Positions 12,198-20,408 of a stretch of 64,000 nt of DNA are shown here, piece by piece. Position 1 is the first letter of the stretch. Each line of letters opens with the position of its first letter. The notes beneath the pieces are model-generated. The model had not been told where the DNA came from, did no database searches, and saw only the letters and a list, made by a program, of their open reading frames with translations. Where the stretch lies: contig CAJXNP010000021.1 of NCBI GenBank assembly GCA_913057175.1, forward strand, positions 18,869-82,868. Direction: 5' to 3'. The translations under genes and the position numbers were made by a program. This DNA comes from an uncultured Cytophagales bacterium. GTDB lineage: Bacteria; Bacteroidota; Bacteroidia; Cytophagales; Cyclobacteriaceae.

Positions 12198-12752
12198 TTA
12201 TTCATGTTGTATGTAAAACCGTTCTAATAAATCCATAAGTAAATCAGAAGGGTCTTCATTTCTATCTTTAATTAGCAGCATTTCTTTCAATTGGTCTTTA
12301 GTCATGAATAGAATAACTTTATTGTCTTGATTAAAAACTGTGTTTCTTTGACGATGTGCCGCTTCATTTGGAGTCCTGCTACAGATCATTACAGAAAGCC
12401 TCCCCATTGCTGCCGTCATGTAGTTTCGAGTTTGATTTACTTCTTCATGTCCGATTTCTGTGACATCATAATTTTTAAATTCAAAAAGGATCATTCTCGC
12501 ATCTAGCTCTAAAAATAGATGATGCCAATTTTTTGAATTAAAACTATTGGTTGGAGTAATATTCCGATTAGGTATTATTGCATCTCTTCTGTTTACCCCA
12601 GAGAACGTTCTTGCATGTCTTGTAGCAGGGTTCAAAGGTGGAACAAATAAGTAGGTTAATATTTCTGTGCAAATATTCTCAAATTGAGACCACCCTGCAT
12701 TACCTAACGGACAGGCATCCAATCTTTGTATGAAATCGTTTACCTGACTCAT
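12198..12752 (-). CDS. small PD-(D/E)xK nuclease-fold protein (gene C of the candidate defence operon)
   Basis: 184 aa. Motifs: GWSQFENICTEIL, then RRDAIIPN (D57), then ILFEFKNY (E91-x-K93), then VNQTRNYM. This is the spacing pattern of a minimal restriction-endonuclease-like core. Its ATG overlaps the stop of the upstream gene (ATGA at 12749-12752). Confidence 0.6.
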   Translation of the reverse strand: MSQVNDFIQRLDACPLGNAGWSQFENICTEILTYLFVPPLNPATRHARTFSGVNRRDAIIPNRNITPTNSFNSKNWHHLFLELDARMILFEFKNYDVTEIGHEEVNQTRNYMTAAMGRLSVMICSRTPNEAAHRQRNTVFNQDNKVILFMTKDQLKEMLLIKDRNEDPSDLLMDLLERFYIQHE

Positions 12753-13591
12753 TTCAAGAAATATTTATTCAGGAGTCTCTTACGTTTTGAAACTACTTTT
12801 TTGAGCTTTGTTCCATCCAAAACTTTAATTTCTATATTTCGGCTTCTCTGAATATCTTCTATAAATTCATCAGCTACAGAAGTCAAAACACTATTCGTAA
12901 TAAGAAGGATTTTAGCATCTATCCGATTTATATATTTGAAAGATTCAACAATTTGATGCAGGACACTGATACTAAACCTTTCCTCTCGATAAAACTTGGT
13001 CTCTATCATCCATATCTCTTTGGATGGGAAGCCGAATACATCCTTGTAGTAGGATTCAGCAATAAAATCAATACCAAAATCATTAACTCTTTGTTCCCTT
13101 TGAATATTTTTAAAGCCATATGCTCTCAATATGTCATATGACAATTCTTCAAAATCTCTAGGTGAAAAGTAATCAAAGGATAATTCAGGAATAATTTTAA
13201 GCTTTTGAATAATTTTCTGTAAGCCTTTATTAAAGTCGTTAGTTAGGTTTATAACTTCATATTCAAGAAAGTCACTTGGGATTTGGCACTTTTCTACTAA
13301 TACAGGAATGATGTTAACCTTTCTTTTTCGGGCTTCATCAAAAAAGTATTTTGGAAATTCAAAACGGAAATAATCAGAACCAAATAGTGATTGAGAAAGT
13401 AAAACCATCACTGTTTCGCTGGACTCATACATATACCTGATTTGGTCAAATACATTCTCTCCAACGCTTATGTCTTTGTAGTCAAAAACAACATCAATGT
13501 TCTCATTTTGTAATGCATCGGAAATTCTGTGTGCAACAGAACTATCATTGTGATTATATGAGATAAATACTCGATTACGACTATTAGTCAT
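12749..13591 (-). CDS. TIR domain - Mrr_cat restriction-endonuclease-domain fusion protein (gene B)
   Basis: 280 aa. The N-terminus VFISYNHNDSSVAHRISDALQNENIDVVFDYKDISVGENV...VMVLLSQSLFGSDYFRFEF is a TIR-type module with Glu78 at the conserved catalytic position. The C-terminus FEELSYDILRAYGFKNI...NDFGIDFIA (D175)...IWMIETKFY (E197-x-K199)...ILLITNSVLTS...VLDGTKLKKV follows the Mrr_cat consensus. Confidence 0.75.
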   Translation of the reverse strand: MTNSRNRVFISYNHNDSSVAHRISDALQNENIDVVFDYKDISVGENVFDQIRYMYESSETVMVLLSQSLFGSDYFRFEFPKYFFDEARKRKVNIIPVLVEKCQIPSDFLEYEVINLTNDFNKGLQKIIQKLKIIPELSFDYFSPRDFEELSYDILRAYGFKNIQREQRVNDFGIDFIAESYYKDVFGFPSKEIWMIETKFYREERFSISVLHQIVESFKYINRIDAKILLITNSVLTSVADEFIEDIQRSRNIEIKVLDGTKLKKVVSKRKRLLNKYFLK

Positions 13592-13601
13592 TTATTTAAA
13601 T

Positions 13602-14519
13602 TTAATGCATTCTATAGTAGATGTCCCCTGTCTGCGAGGCATGTCTACGTTTAATTAAAATGAGATCATTAAGTCTTATTCGTCCTTCAAGAACTTGCAT
13701 TAAATCCATGCCGTCCATTAGAATCATTGACTTTGTTAATGGGCTTCCGGTATCTGTACATTCTGCTGAAAATGGCCCTAGAGAAATGAATAAACCCAAG
13801 GTGTTCTTAAGCTTACCCTGAATTTTTCCTCCGAATTTGTAAAGGTCAGCAGCATTGACTGCTTGTTCTTGCCATTTGGCCTCTAAAAGATAGTCTGCAT
13901 TATCAAAAGTGAAAGCTCCATCAATTTGCTCTCCAGTTACTTTAAAGGCAGATTTAGGGTCTAAGTCGAAGAAATTAAAGAGTTTGTTTAGAAACTTCTC
14001 AAATTGAAATCCTTTTTGTTGAGAATTCGAATTTGAAGAAATTGAATAAAATTCAAGCTTTAACTCGTCAAGTTTTTGTTGATAAGAAATACTGTTATTT
14101 AACTTCTGCTTATTCTGCTCTCTTCTTTCTTCAGCCTTCTTTAGTTCTTCTATAATATCAAAATGCCCCTTGGCTTGTTGTCTCAATTTGTCTACAGCAG
14201 TTTTCGCTTTTTCAATCAGTCCTTTGTTTTGTTTTTCCCAGTATTCTAAATGGGAAAAATCGTTCATATTACCCACTTCCTGAATCAACTTCAATAAGTC
14301 AGTTTGAAACATGTCTTGTCGTTTAATCATCCTATCAATTAACTGAGAGACACTTTCATACTTTATATTCTCAGTCCAATCAATGGTAGCAATAATTGCA
14401 GTGTTGTCTATAGTTAGTTCTATGAATTGTCGGAGGTCTTTCTTGCGATAATAGATAGCGACCAAGGCGTCTTTTAAAGCCAGAACTGCATTTGCCGATA
14501 TTTTTTTTGTGAAGCCCAA
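13602..14519 (-). CDS. coiled-coil protein with C-terminal Mrr-like restriction endonuclease core (gene A)
   Basis: 305 aa if started at the TTG at 14519, which comes 2 codons after an in-frame TGA. The first Met is residue 64, so the start is uncertain. Central charged coiled coil (KKAEERREQNKQKLNNSISYQQKLDELK). The C-terminus GFQFEKFLNKLFNFF...GEQIDGAFTFDNADYLLEAKW...LGLFISLGPFS matches the REase (Mrr-type) D...E-x-K pattern. Confidence 0.65.
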   Translation of the reverse strand: MGFTKKISANAVLALKDALVAIYYRKKDLRQFIELTIDNTAIIATIDWTENIKYESVSQLIDRMIKRQDMFQTDLLKLIQEVGNMNDFSHLEYWEKQNKGLIEKAKTAVDKLRQQAKGHFDIIEELKKAEERREQNKQKLNNSISYQQKLDELKLEFYSISSNSNSQQKGFQFEKFLNKLFNFFDLDPKSAFKVTGEQIDGAFTFDNADYLLEAKWQEQAVNAADLYKFGGKIQGKLKNTLGLFISLGPFSAECTDTGSPLTKSMILMDGMDLMQVLEGRIRLNDLILIKRRHASQTGDIYYRMH

Positions 14520-14814
14520 ATTTGTTCAGTTAATGACTAACGTGTTTGTTTAGATACCAAGCTACTATTATTTTGACCATTACTCAACGTCCCTTAACAC
14601 TAACAAACATTTATTAGTTGCTAGAAAGCTATTTGATAGCATATTAATATCTAATGGTAAAATTCATTTCTGAATATAATGATAAGTAGTTAATAAGGTT
14701 TGTACTTGATGTGATTTTTCAGGTATGCTAATTTCCAAATAGGTATTGTTAATAGATATACTTTTTCAAAAAACTGAATCTTGAGGCCACACTGATCTGT
14801 AATAGATCAATCCC

Positions 14815-15459
14815 TCAAAGCCTCCTTACATTTGGCCCATAAGGCTCTGCTGGTTCGCTTACCATGTCCTGGAAAAGTTCATTTAGGTCGATTTCAAATC
14901 CTTTCAGATAACTGCTTCGTGCAATATCCCCTTTTGTCAGGGGTTTGGAGGAAAGGTATGATCCATTTTCACCAAGCGTGAAAATGGTGAGGGTGTTATC
15001 GTTAGGTTGGACAACCCAATATTCCCTGACACCAGCCGATTCGTACAATTCAAATTTTTCATGTAGATCTTTTGAAACAGAACTTTTAGACACCACTTCC
15101 ACAATCAAATCCGGCGCTCCATTGCACCCTTTCTCGTCAAGCTTTCCCTGGTCGCAAACTACTGTTATATCGGGCTGAACTACACTAACAACATCCTTTT
15201 CGCTTTCAGAAGAAAACCGTGAAAAACGGACATCAAACGGAGCAGGAAACACTTTGCAACCTGTCCCCATTACAAATTTGTAAAAATAAAAATTGAGGGT
15301 TGAAACTATTTGCTGATGTTGCGAGGTTGGCGCAGGCGACATCCTGAAAATTTTTCCTTTGATCAGCTCTACCCTTTCACTAAACCGCCACAGCAAGTAA
15401 TCGGCGTAGGAATAAATTTTGTTGGTATCGAGCTGATTGATATCGGTGATCAACTTCAT
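14815..15459 (-). CDS. Uma2 family (DUF820) endonuclease, copy 1
   Basis: 214 aa. Motifs: YADYLLWRFSERVELIKGKIFRMSPAP, then VVQPDITVVCD, then GAPDLIVEVVSKSS, then KFELYESAGVREYWVV. This is the classic Uma2 / putative restriction endonuclease pattern. Confidence 0.85.
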   Translation of the reverse strand: MKLITDINQLDTNKIYSYADYLLWRFSERVELIKGKIFRMSPAPTSQHQQIVSTLNFYFYKFVMGTGCKVFPAPFDVRFSRFSSESEKDVVSVVQPDITVVCDQGKLDEKGCNGAPDLIVEVVSKSSVSKDLHEKFELYESAGVREYWVVQPNDNTLTIFTLGENGSYLSSKPLTKGDIARSSYLKGFEIDLNELFQDMVSEPAEPYGPNVRRL

Positions 15460-15554
15460 TTTTTACATTTTAATGATCAAATTTAGCCAAACCTGATAAA
15501 TAATAAATGGCTTTTGGGTAGTTATCAATTTAAAAATTTTGATTAAAAAAACCC

Positions 15555-16199
15555 TCAAAGCCTCCTTACATTAGGCCCATATGGTTCCATGGGCTCTTCT
15601 ACAATATTTGGGAATATGTTGTCGATATTGATTACCAATCCATTAATCACCCGACTTTTTGCCGTATCACCGCTGGTTAGCAACTTACCCGGCATATATT
15701 TACCCTCGTCATCAAGTACATTAATTTGAATGGTATTTGCTACAGGGCTTACTATCCAATATTCTAAAACACCAGACGATTCATACAGCTCATATTTCTC
15801 ATGAAGATCCCTATTTGAACTCGATTTAGATAAAATTTCAAATACAACATCGGGAGCCCCAACACAGCCTTTTTCATCAATTTTATTATGATCACAAATA
15901 ATGACAATATCCGGTTGAACGACCGTGTAAATCTCTTTATCGCCTTCCTTTTGTTTATTTGGAAACCTAACATCAAAAGGTGCATGATAAACACTACATG
16001 GATTGTTGTTCAAATAGTCTGCAAGTTGTTTCAAAATATTGAAAGAAATCCTTTGATGTACTTCCGAGGGCGAAGGTGACATCCGGAAAATTTTTCCCTT
16101 GATCAGCTCTACTCGCTCACTAAACCTCCACAAAAGATAGTCGGCGTAGGAATAAACTTTATCGGTATCGAGTTGATTGATATCGGTAATCAGATTCAT
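15555..16199 (-). CDS. Uma2 family (DUF820) endonuclease, copy 2 (tandem paralog)
   Basis: 214 aa, same length and motif set as copy 1 (VVQPDIVIICD, GAPDVVFEILSKSS, KYELYESSGVLEYWIV). The N-terminal ~45 aa and the C-terminal PYGPNVRRL are nearly identical to copy 1. Confidence 0.85.
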   Translation of the reverse strand: MNLITDINQLDTDKVYSYADYLLWRFSERVELIKGKIFRMSPSPSEVHQRISFNILKQLADYLNNNPCSVYHAPFDVRFPNKQKEGDKEIYTVVQPDIVIICDHNKIDEKGCVGAPDVVFEILSKSSSNRDLHEKYELYESSGVLEYWIVSPVANTIQINVLDDEGKYMPGKLLTSGDTAKSRVINGLVINIDNIFPNIVEEPMEPYGPNVRRL

Positions 16200-16487
16200 T
16201 TTAACTTTAAAATTGATTTTTAAATTTAACGAAAATTAAGGTTAAGTGTAAATCAGCTTAAGTTGACAAAACAGAACTTCTAACATATTAACCAATTTAT
16301 TCTCCCCTACTCTGAATCCATTCCACAAAACTTGCAAATTATTTAAAGCCATTCAACAAACAGCTACAAAGTGAATAACGCCAGATGTAGATTCATTGCC
16401 ACCGGATATTGATTCCAGATAGCGACGAAACCAAACCAGGGCTACATTTGAGCTGTAAAAATTATTATTCACTAAAACCAAACAAAC

Positions 16488-17126
16488 ATGAAAGCGAGTT
16501 GTCAAAGCTTAACTTCTAAGGTAATAGAAGTAGCAGGAGATTATCTGGACGAATACCAGGAATTTCGCAAAAACGCAGCCAAGGTACTTGTACCAAACTT
16601 TTTGAACATTCCTATTCCTACCAATGTCCTGAACGACCTGATAGACCAGGCCATTGACCTTCAGACAAAAGCCTTAAAATCATACGGCGTTGTTGTTGGC
16701 CAGGGCAAGGGAAAGATTGGCCCGCGGTATCAAATCGTTCCGACCAAAAAGGTTACGGGCAAATTGGTGACAGAAAGGACCTTTTGTGTCCTTCCATCCA
16801 CTTTTGATAAACTGATCATCACTATTAAAAAAACAGATGGGAAAGCCGGCGCTGATGTAGCAGTTTGTGCCAAATATTCTAATGGCTCGATATACAATGA
16901 AAAAAGAAAAAGCATTGATAAGGGCAAAGACAGCAAAGGGGATGAAATTCGATTTGTCCTGGCAAACATGGAAGATAAATTCCTGACCATTCATTTGGTC
17001 CAAACCGGATTGGTCACAAATACCTGTAGCTATGACCTGTCAATTGAGGGCGAATACAACCCCAACAAACTGGAAGAAGAGACAAGTAGCGCCAAGGTTA
17101 TTAAAAGGGCCGTCAGGGTAAGTTAA
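16488..17126 (+). CDS. hypothetical protein
   Basis: 212-aa ORF in a clean intergenic slot, followed by a good intrinsic terminator. No signal peptide or recognisable motif. Confidence 0.55.
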   Translation: MKASCQSLTSKVIEVAGDYLDEYQEFRKNAAKVLVPNFLNIPIPTNVLNDLIDQAIDLQTKALKSYGVVVGQGKGKIGPRYQIVPTKKVTGKLVTERTFCVLPSTFDKLIITIKKTDGKAGADVAVCAKYSNGSIYNEKRKSIDKGKDSKGDEIRFVLANMEDKFLTIHLVQTGLVTNTCSYDLSIEGEYNPNKLEEETSSAKVIKRAVRVS

Positions 17127-17159
17127 TAATATCCATTCTTCACATAGTTCGATAAAAGA

Positions 17160-17197
17160 AGCGCAGATAAGGAATATTGTTATCTGTGCTTTCTTAT
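17160..17197 (+). terminator. rho-independent terminator after 16488..17126
   Basis: AGCGCAGATAA-ggaatattg-TTATCTGTGCT forms an 11-bp stem (one G-U pair), followed by TTCTTAT. Confidence 0.6.
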
Positions 17198-17542
17198 ATT
17201 ATTCAAATCCAATAAATAAAGTCAACCTTCATTTTTATTAAAAACTTCAAGCAAGAAGAAAGCGATTTTTCCATTTCATCCCATTTCAAAAATTCAACTC
17301 TCATCTAACCCGAATCCACTCTATTTATTTTAAACAAGCCTAATCGATAAAAGTAAAAATCACCCTCACATTTTGCAATTTTCCGTAAAATTTGGGTTGC
17401 TTTTTAATACTTATATCATTAAGAAAAATTAATTTTATACTGCGTGAAAACACCTGATACAGTATGCATCATACTTTGTGTTTTATTGTTATTTGCAAAA
17501 TTCAACTCATTCTCATCTAATATATATCGTCGAAAAGATTAA

Positions 17543-19534
17543 TTGAATACAGTGAATCGACTTATCACAATCATATTAATCATCGCATTGGGTAATTCTT
17601 TTGGTCATGCCAATTCTTCAGACCAGGAAAAGCTGGACAGTCTGCTAAATCACCTGAAGGTATTGCCCGACGACTCGGTTAAAGTCTTTGTTTACGGACG
17701 TGTATCCCGGGCATATTTTTACATGCGTGACCAAAATGACATTGCCCGAAAATATGCTGATAGCATGTCCTTCTTGGCAAAAGAAATAAATTTTGAAAAA
17801 GGCCTGATCGACTCCTACTACCGGCATGGAGAAATTGAAATATTTGAAGGAAACTACAGCAATGCCATTGAATACCTTGAAAAGTATCTTCAATATTACG
17901 AAAACCAAAACGCCAAATATCAAATGGTCAATGCGTTGATAGCCCTCGGCAAGTCATACAAATACCTCGGTGAATTTGATAAAAGCCTGAATTATTATTA
18001 CGATGCTGTAAAAATCTGTGAGGAGACGGATGACCTGGAAGGCCTGGCTATGGCCTGGAATAGCATAAGCGGAATTGACAGGCAAATGGGCAATCACAGA
18101 GACGCCATCAATCATTATTCCAAAGCAAATGAACTTTACTTAACGACGGGCCAATCCAAGAATTATGCTATGGGTTTACAAAACCTGGCAAATGTGTACT
18201 CAGAAATACAAGAATACGACAGCGCTGAATATCTCTATGAACAAGCTTTAAAAGAAATTCAGGTTCTTGATTTCAAATATGAAGAAGCGATCATTCTTGG
18301 GAACATTGGTGAGCTATTCAATCATCAAAAACAGCCACAAAAGGCGCTGAATTATCAACTAAAATCATTAGAAATAAGAAGGAAATTATCCAACGACAGA
18401 TCTCTCGCTTTTGGATTAAATTACGTTGGGAAAACCTATTTTGAATTAAGAAATTACCCTTTGGCCAATAAATATTTAACGGAGGCCCTGCATTTATCGC
18501 AAGAATTGCAATCCAAAGATTTATTGCAAGATATCTACCAATCCTTGTCCGATGTATCACTGGCAAGCCATGATTACAAAAGCGCCTATGAATATAATTT
18601 GCTGTCAAATAAATGGAAAGACAGCATTTATAATGCTGAAACCGCGAAACAAATAAATGAACTGCAAACGAAATACGAAACCGATAAAAAGTCGCAACAA
18701 ATCACCATTCTGGAAAAAGAAACCGAGCGGCAATCCACTTTAAAAAAAGCCTTTATTATCGGGTTTATTCTGATTTCGCTCCTTGCAGCTTCGGTTATTT
18801 ATTCCATTCAACAACGGCACAAAAACCAGAAAGCGCTTGCAGCCAAGGACAATGAAATCAAAGAGGTCAATTTCAAAAAACAACTTGGCGAACTCGAATT
18901 GAAAGCGCTTCGGGCACAAATCAATCCACATTTTCTCTACAATTGCATGAACTCGATCAACCGCATGATCCTTGAAAAAGAAAATGAAAATGCTTCCAGA
19001 TACCTGTCCAAATTTTCGAAGCTGGTTCGGCTGATTTTAGAAAATGCTGAAAAACCACGGGTAACACTACAGAATGAGCTCGAGATGCTGGAATCCTATA
19101 TCAACCTGGAAAGCCTGAGGTTTAAAGGGAAATTCAGCTACTCCATTGTGGTTGATGAGTCGATCGATACGGATGCCACATTTTTACCATCGATGGTGTT
19201 GCAGCCATTTGTAGAAAATGCCATCTGGCATGGCCTGGTCAATAAAAATAATGGAGAAGCCGGCATGATAAAGATTTCTGTCAATGAGGAAAATGAAATC
19301 CTGAATTGTGCCATTGAAGACAACGGAATCGGTCGGGAAGCGGCACGTGAGATCAGGGAGAAATCAGTTTTAAAGACAAAGTCGATGGGAATGAAAATTA
19401 CGGAAGAGCGGTTAAAATTGATCGCCAAAGAAGGTTGGGAAAGGCTCGTGAAAATCATTGATTTGAAGGATCAGCTCAACCATGCGTTAGGAACAAGGGT
19501 CGAGATCAACATTCCGGTAAATTATCAATTATGA
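17543..19534 (+). CDS. TPR-repeat sensor histidine kinase, LytS/YehU type
   Basis: 663 aa. There is no ATG start; the options are TTG at 17543 or GTG at 17552. Layout: signal peptide, about 8 TPR-like repeats, one TM helix (AFIIGFILISLLAASVIYSI), a coiled coil, the His_kinase signature LRAQINPHFLYNCMNSI, the N-box FVENAIWHG and the G-box IEDNGIG. Confidence 0.85.
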   Translation: MNTVNRLITIILIIALGNSFGHANSSDQEKLDSLLNHLKVLPDDSVKVFVYGRVSRAYFYMRDQNDIARKYADSMSFLAKEINFEKGLIDSYYRHGEIEIFEGNYSNAIEYLEKYLQYYENQNAKYQMVNALIALGKSYKYLGEFDKSLNYYYDAVKICEETDDLEGLAMAWNSISGIDRQMGNHRDAINHYSKANELYLTTGQSKNYAMGLQNLANVYSEIQEYDSAEYLYEQALKEIQVLDFKYEEAIILGNIGELFNHQKQPQKALNYQLKSLEIRRKLSNDRSLAFGLNYVGKTYFELRNYPLANKYLTEALHLSQELQSKDLLQDIYQSLSDVSLASHDYKSAYEYNLLSNKWKDSIYNAETAKQINELQTKYETDKKSQQITILEKETERQSTLKKAFIIGFILISLLAASVIYSIQQRHKNQKALAAKDNEIKEVNFKKQLGELELKALRAQINPHFLYNCMNSINRMILEKENENASRYLSKFSKLVRLILENAEKPRVTLQNELEMLESYINLESLRFKGKFSYSIVVDESIDTDATFLPSMVLQPFVENAIWHGLVNKNNGEAGMIKISVNEENEILNCAIEDNGIGREAAREIREKSVLKTKSMGMKITEERLKLIAKEGWERLVKIIDLKDQLNHALGTRVEINIPVNYQL

Positions 19535-20280
19535 TCAAGGCCATTATCATCGATGATGAGGAAGACAGCAGAAAAACCCTCGAGATTCTGATCAGGAATT
19601 ATTTTAAAGATATTTCCATTCTAAAATCCTGCGAATCGCCTCACTACGGTTTAGAAGCCATTCAAACATTAAAACCGGAACTTGTATTCCTTGATATCCA
19701 AATGCCCGAAATGTCCGGGTTTGACTTGCTGAGAAAAGTTTCTCCTGTTGAGTTCGAAGTGATTTTTGTTACTGCTCACGATCAATATGCCATCAAAGCT
19801 ATTCGTTTCAGCGCTTTGGATTACCTGCTCAAACCCATTGACCTGGATGATTTAAGAAATGCCATTGAAAAAGCAAAGCAGCGACTGGTTGATAAAAACA
19901 GCTCACTGCATTACCAGTCAGTCATTCAAAATGTGCAGCATAAAAATGGGCGGATAGAAAAACTGGCAGTTCCTACCTTTGAGGGCATTGAATTTTACAA
20001 TACGAAGGATATTATTTTTTGTAAAGCAGATGGAAGCTACACCACACTTTTTATGAAGGACAATACCAGCAAATTGATCTCACGAAATTTAAAGGATTGT
20101 GAAAATTTCCTGGTTGATTCTGGTTTTTGCCGTGTGCACAACTCCTACCTGATCAACCTGCGTCATATTGAAAAATATGTGAAAGGGGAAGGAGGATATG
20201 TAATTTTAACCGGTAATCAACACGTGGATATTTCAAGACGTAGAAAAGATGAGTTTTTGAATTTATTGAATAAATTATAG
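19531..20280 (+). CDS. LytTR/AlgR-family response regulator
   Basis: 249 aa. Receiver domain (IIIDDEE...FLDIQMPEMSGFDLL...KPI) plus a C-terminal LytTR DNA-binding domain (IIFCKADGSYTTLFMKD...CRVHNSYLINLRHIEKY). Its ATG overlaps the kinase stop (ATGA). Confidence 0.9.
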   Translation: MIKAIIIDDEEDSRKTLEILIRNYFKDISILKSCESPHYGLEAIQTLKPELVFLDIQMPEMSGFDLLRKVSPVEFEVIFVTAHDQYAIKAIRFSALDYLLKPIDLDDLRNAIEKAKQRLVDKNSSLHYQSVIQNVQHKNGRIEKLAVPTFEGIEFYNTKDIIFCKADGSYTTLFMKDNTSKLISRNLKDCENFLVDSGFCRVHNSYLINLRHIEKYVKGEGGYVILTGNQHVDISRRRKDEFLNLLNKL

Positions 20281-20320
20281 TACTATTCCAGCAACACCTT
20301 CGTCAATTATTCCCTCAACC

Positions 20321-20350
20321 TGCCAGCTACAAACTGAGTTGCACCAGCTA
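20321..20350 (+). promoter_or_regulatory. candidate LytTR operator: two 9-bp direct repeats with a 12-bp spacer
   Basis: TGCCAGCTA (20321-20329), then caaactgagttg (12 nt), then CACCAGCTA (20342-20350). 7 of 9 positions are identical. The site lies 59 nt upstream of the ATG at 20409 and about 35 nt upstream of a near-consensus -7 box TATTTTCG (20385-20392). Confidence 0.45.
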
Positions 20351-20408
20351 TTAATCGCCTCTTAATTTCCCCATTCCCCTCTGCTATTTTCGAATAGCCA
20401 ATCAAACA

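Noticed and set aside
11973-12227. 84-aa plus-strand ORF in the convergent intergenic region
   Set aside because: It starts on a non-ATG codon, has an odd composition, runs straight through the hairpin array and overlaps the end of gene C. It is more likely non-coding structured DNA/RNA.
12198-14519. Classifying the TIR operon as Thoeris or as a type II/IV restriction-modification system
   Set aside because: No ThsA-like SIR2/Macro/SLOG partner and no methyltransferase is present in or next to the operon. The architecture therefore does not fit either class as I know them.
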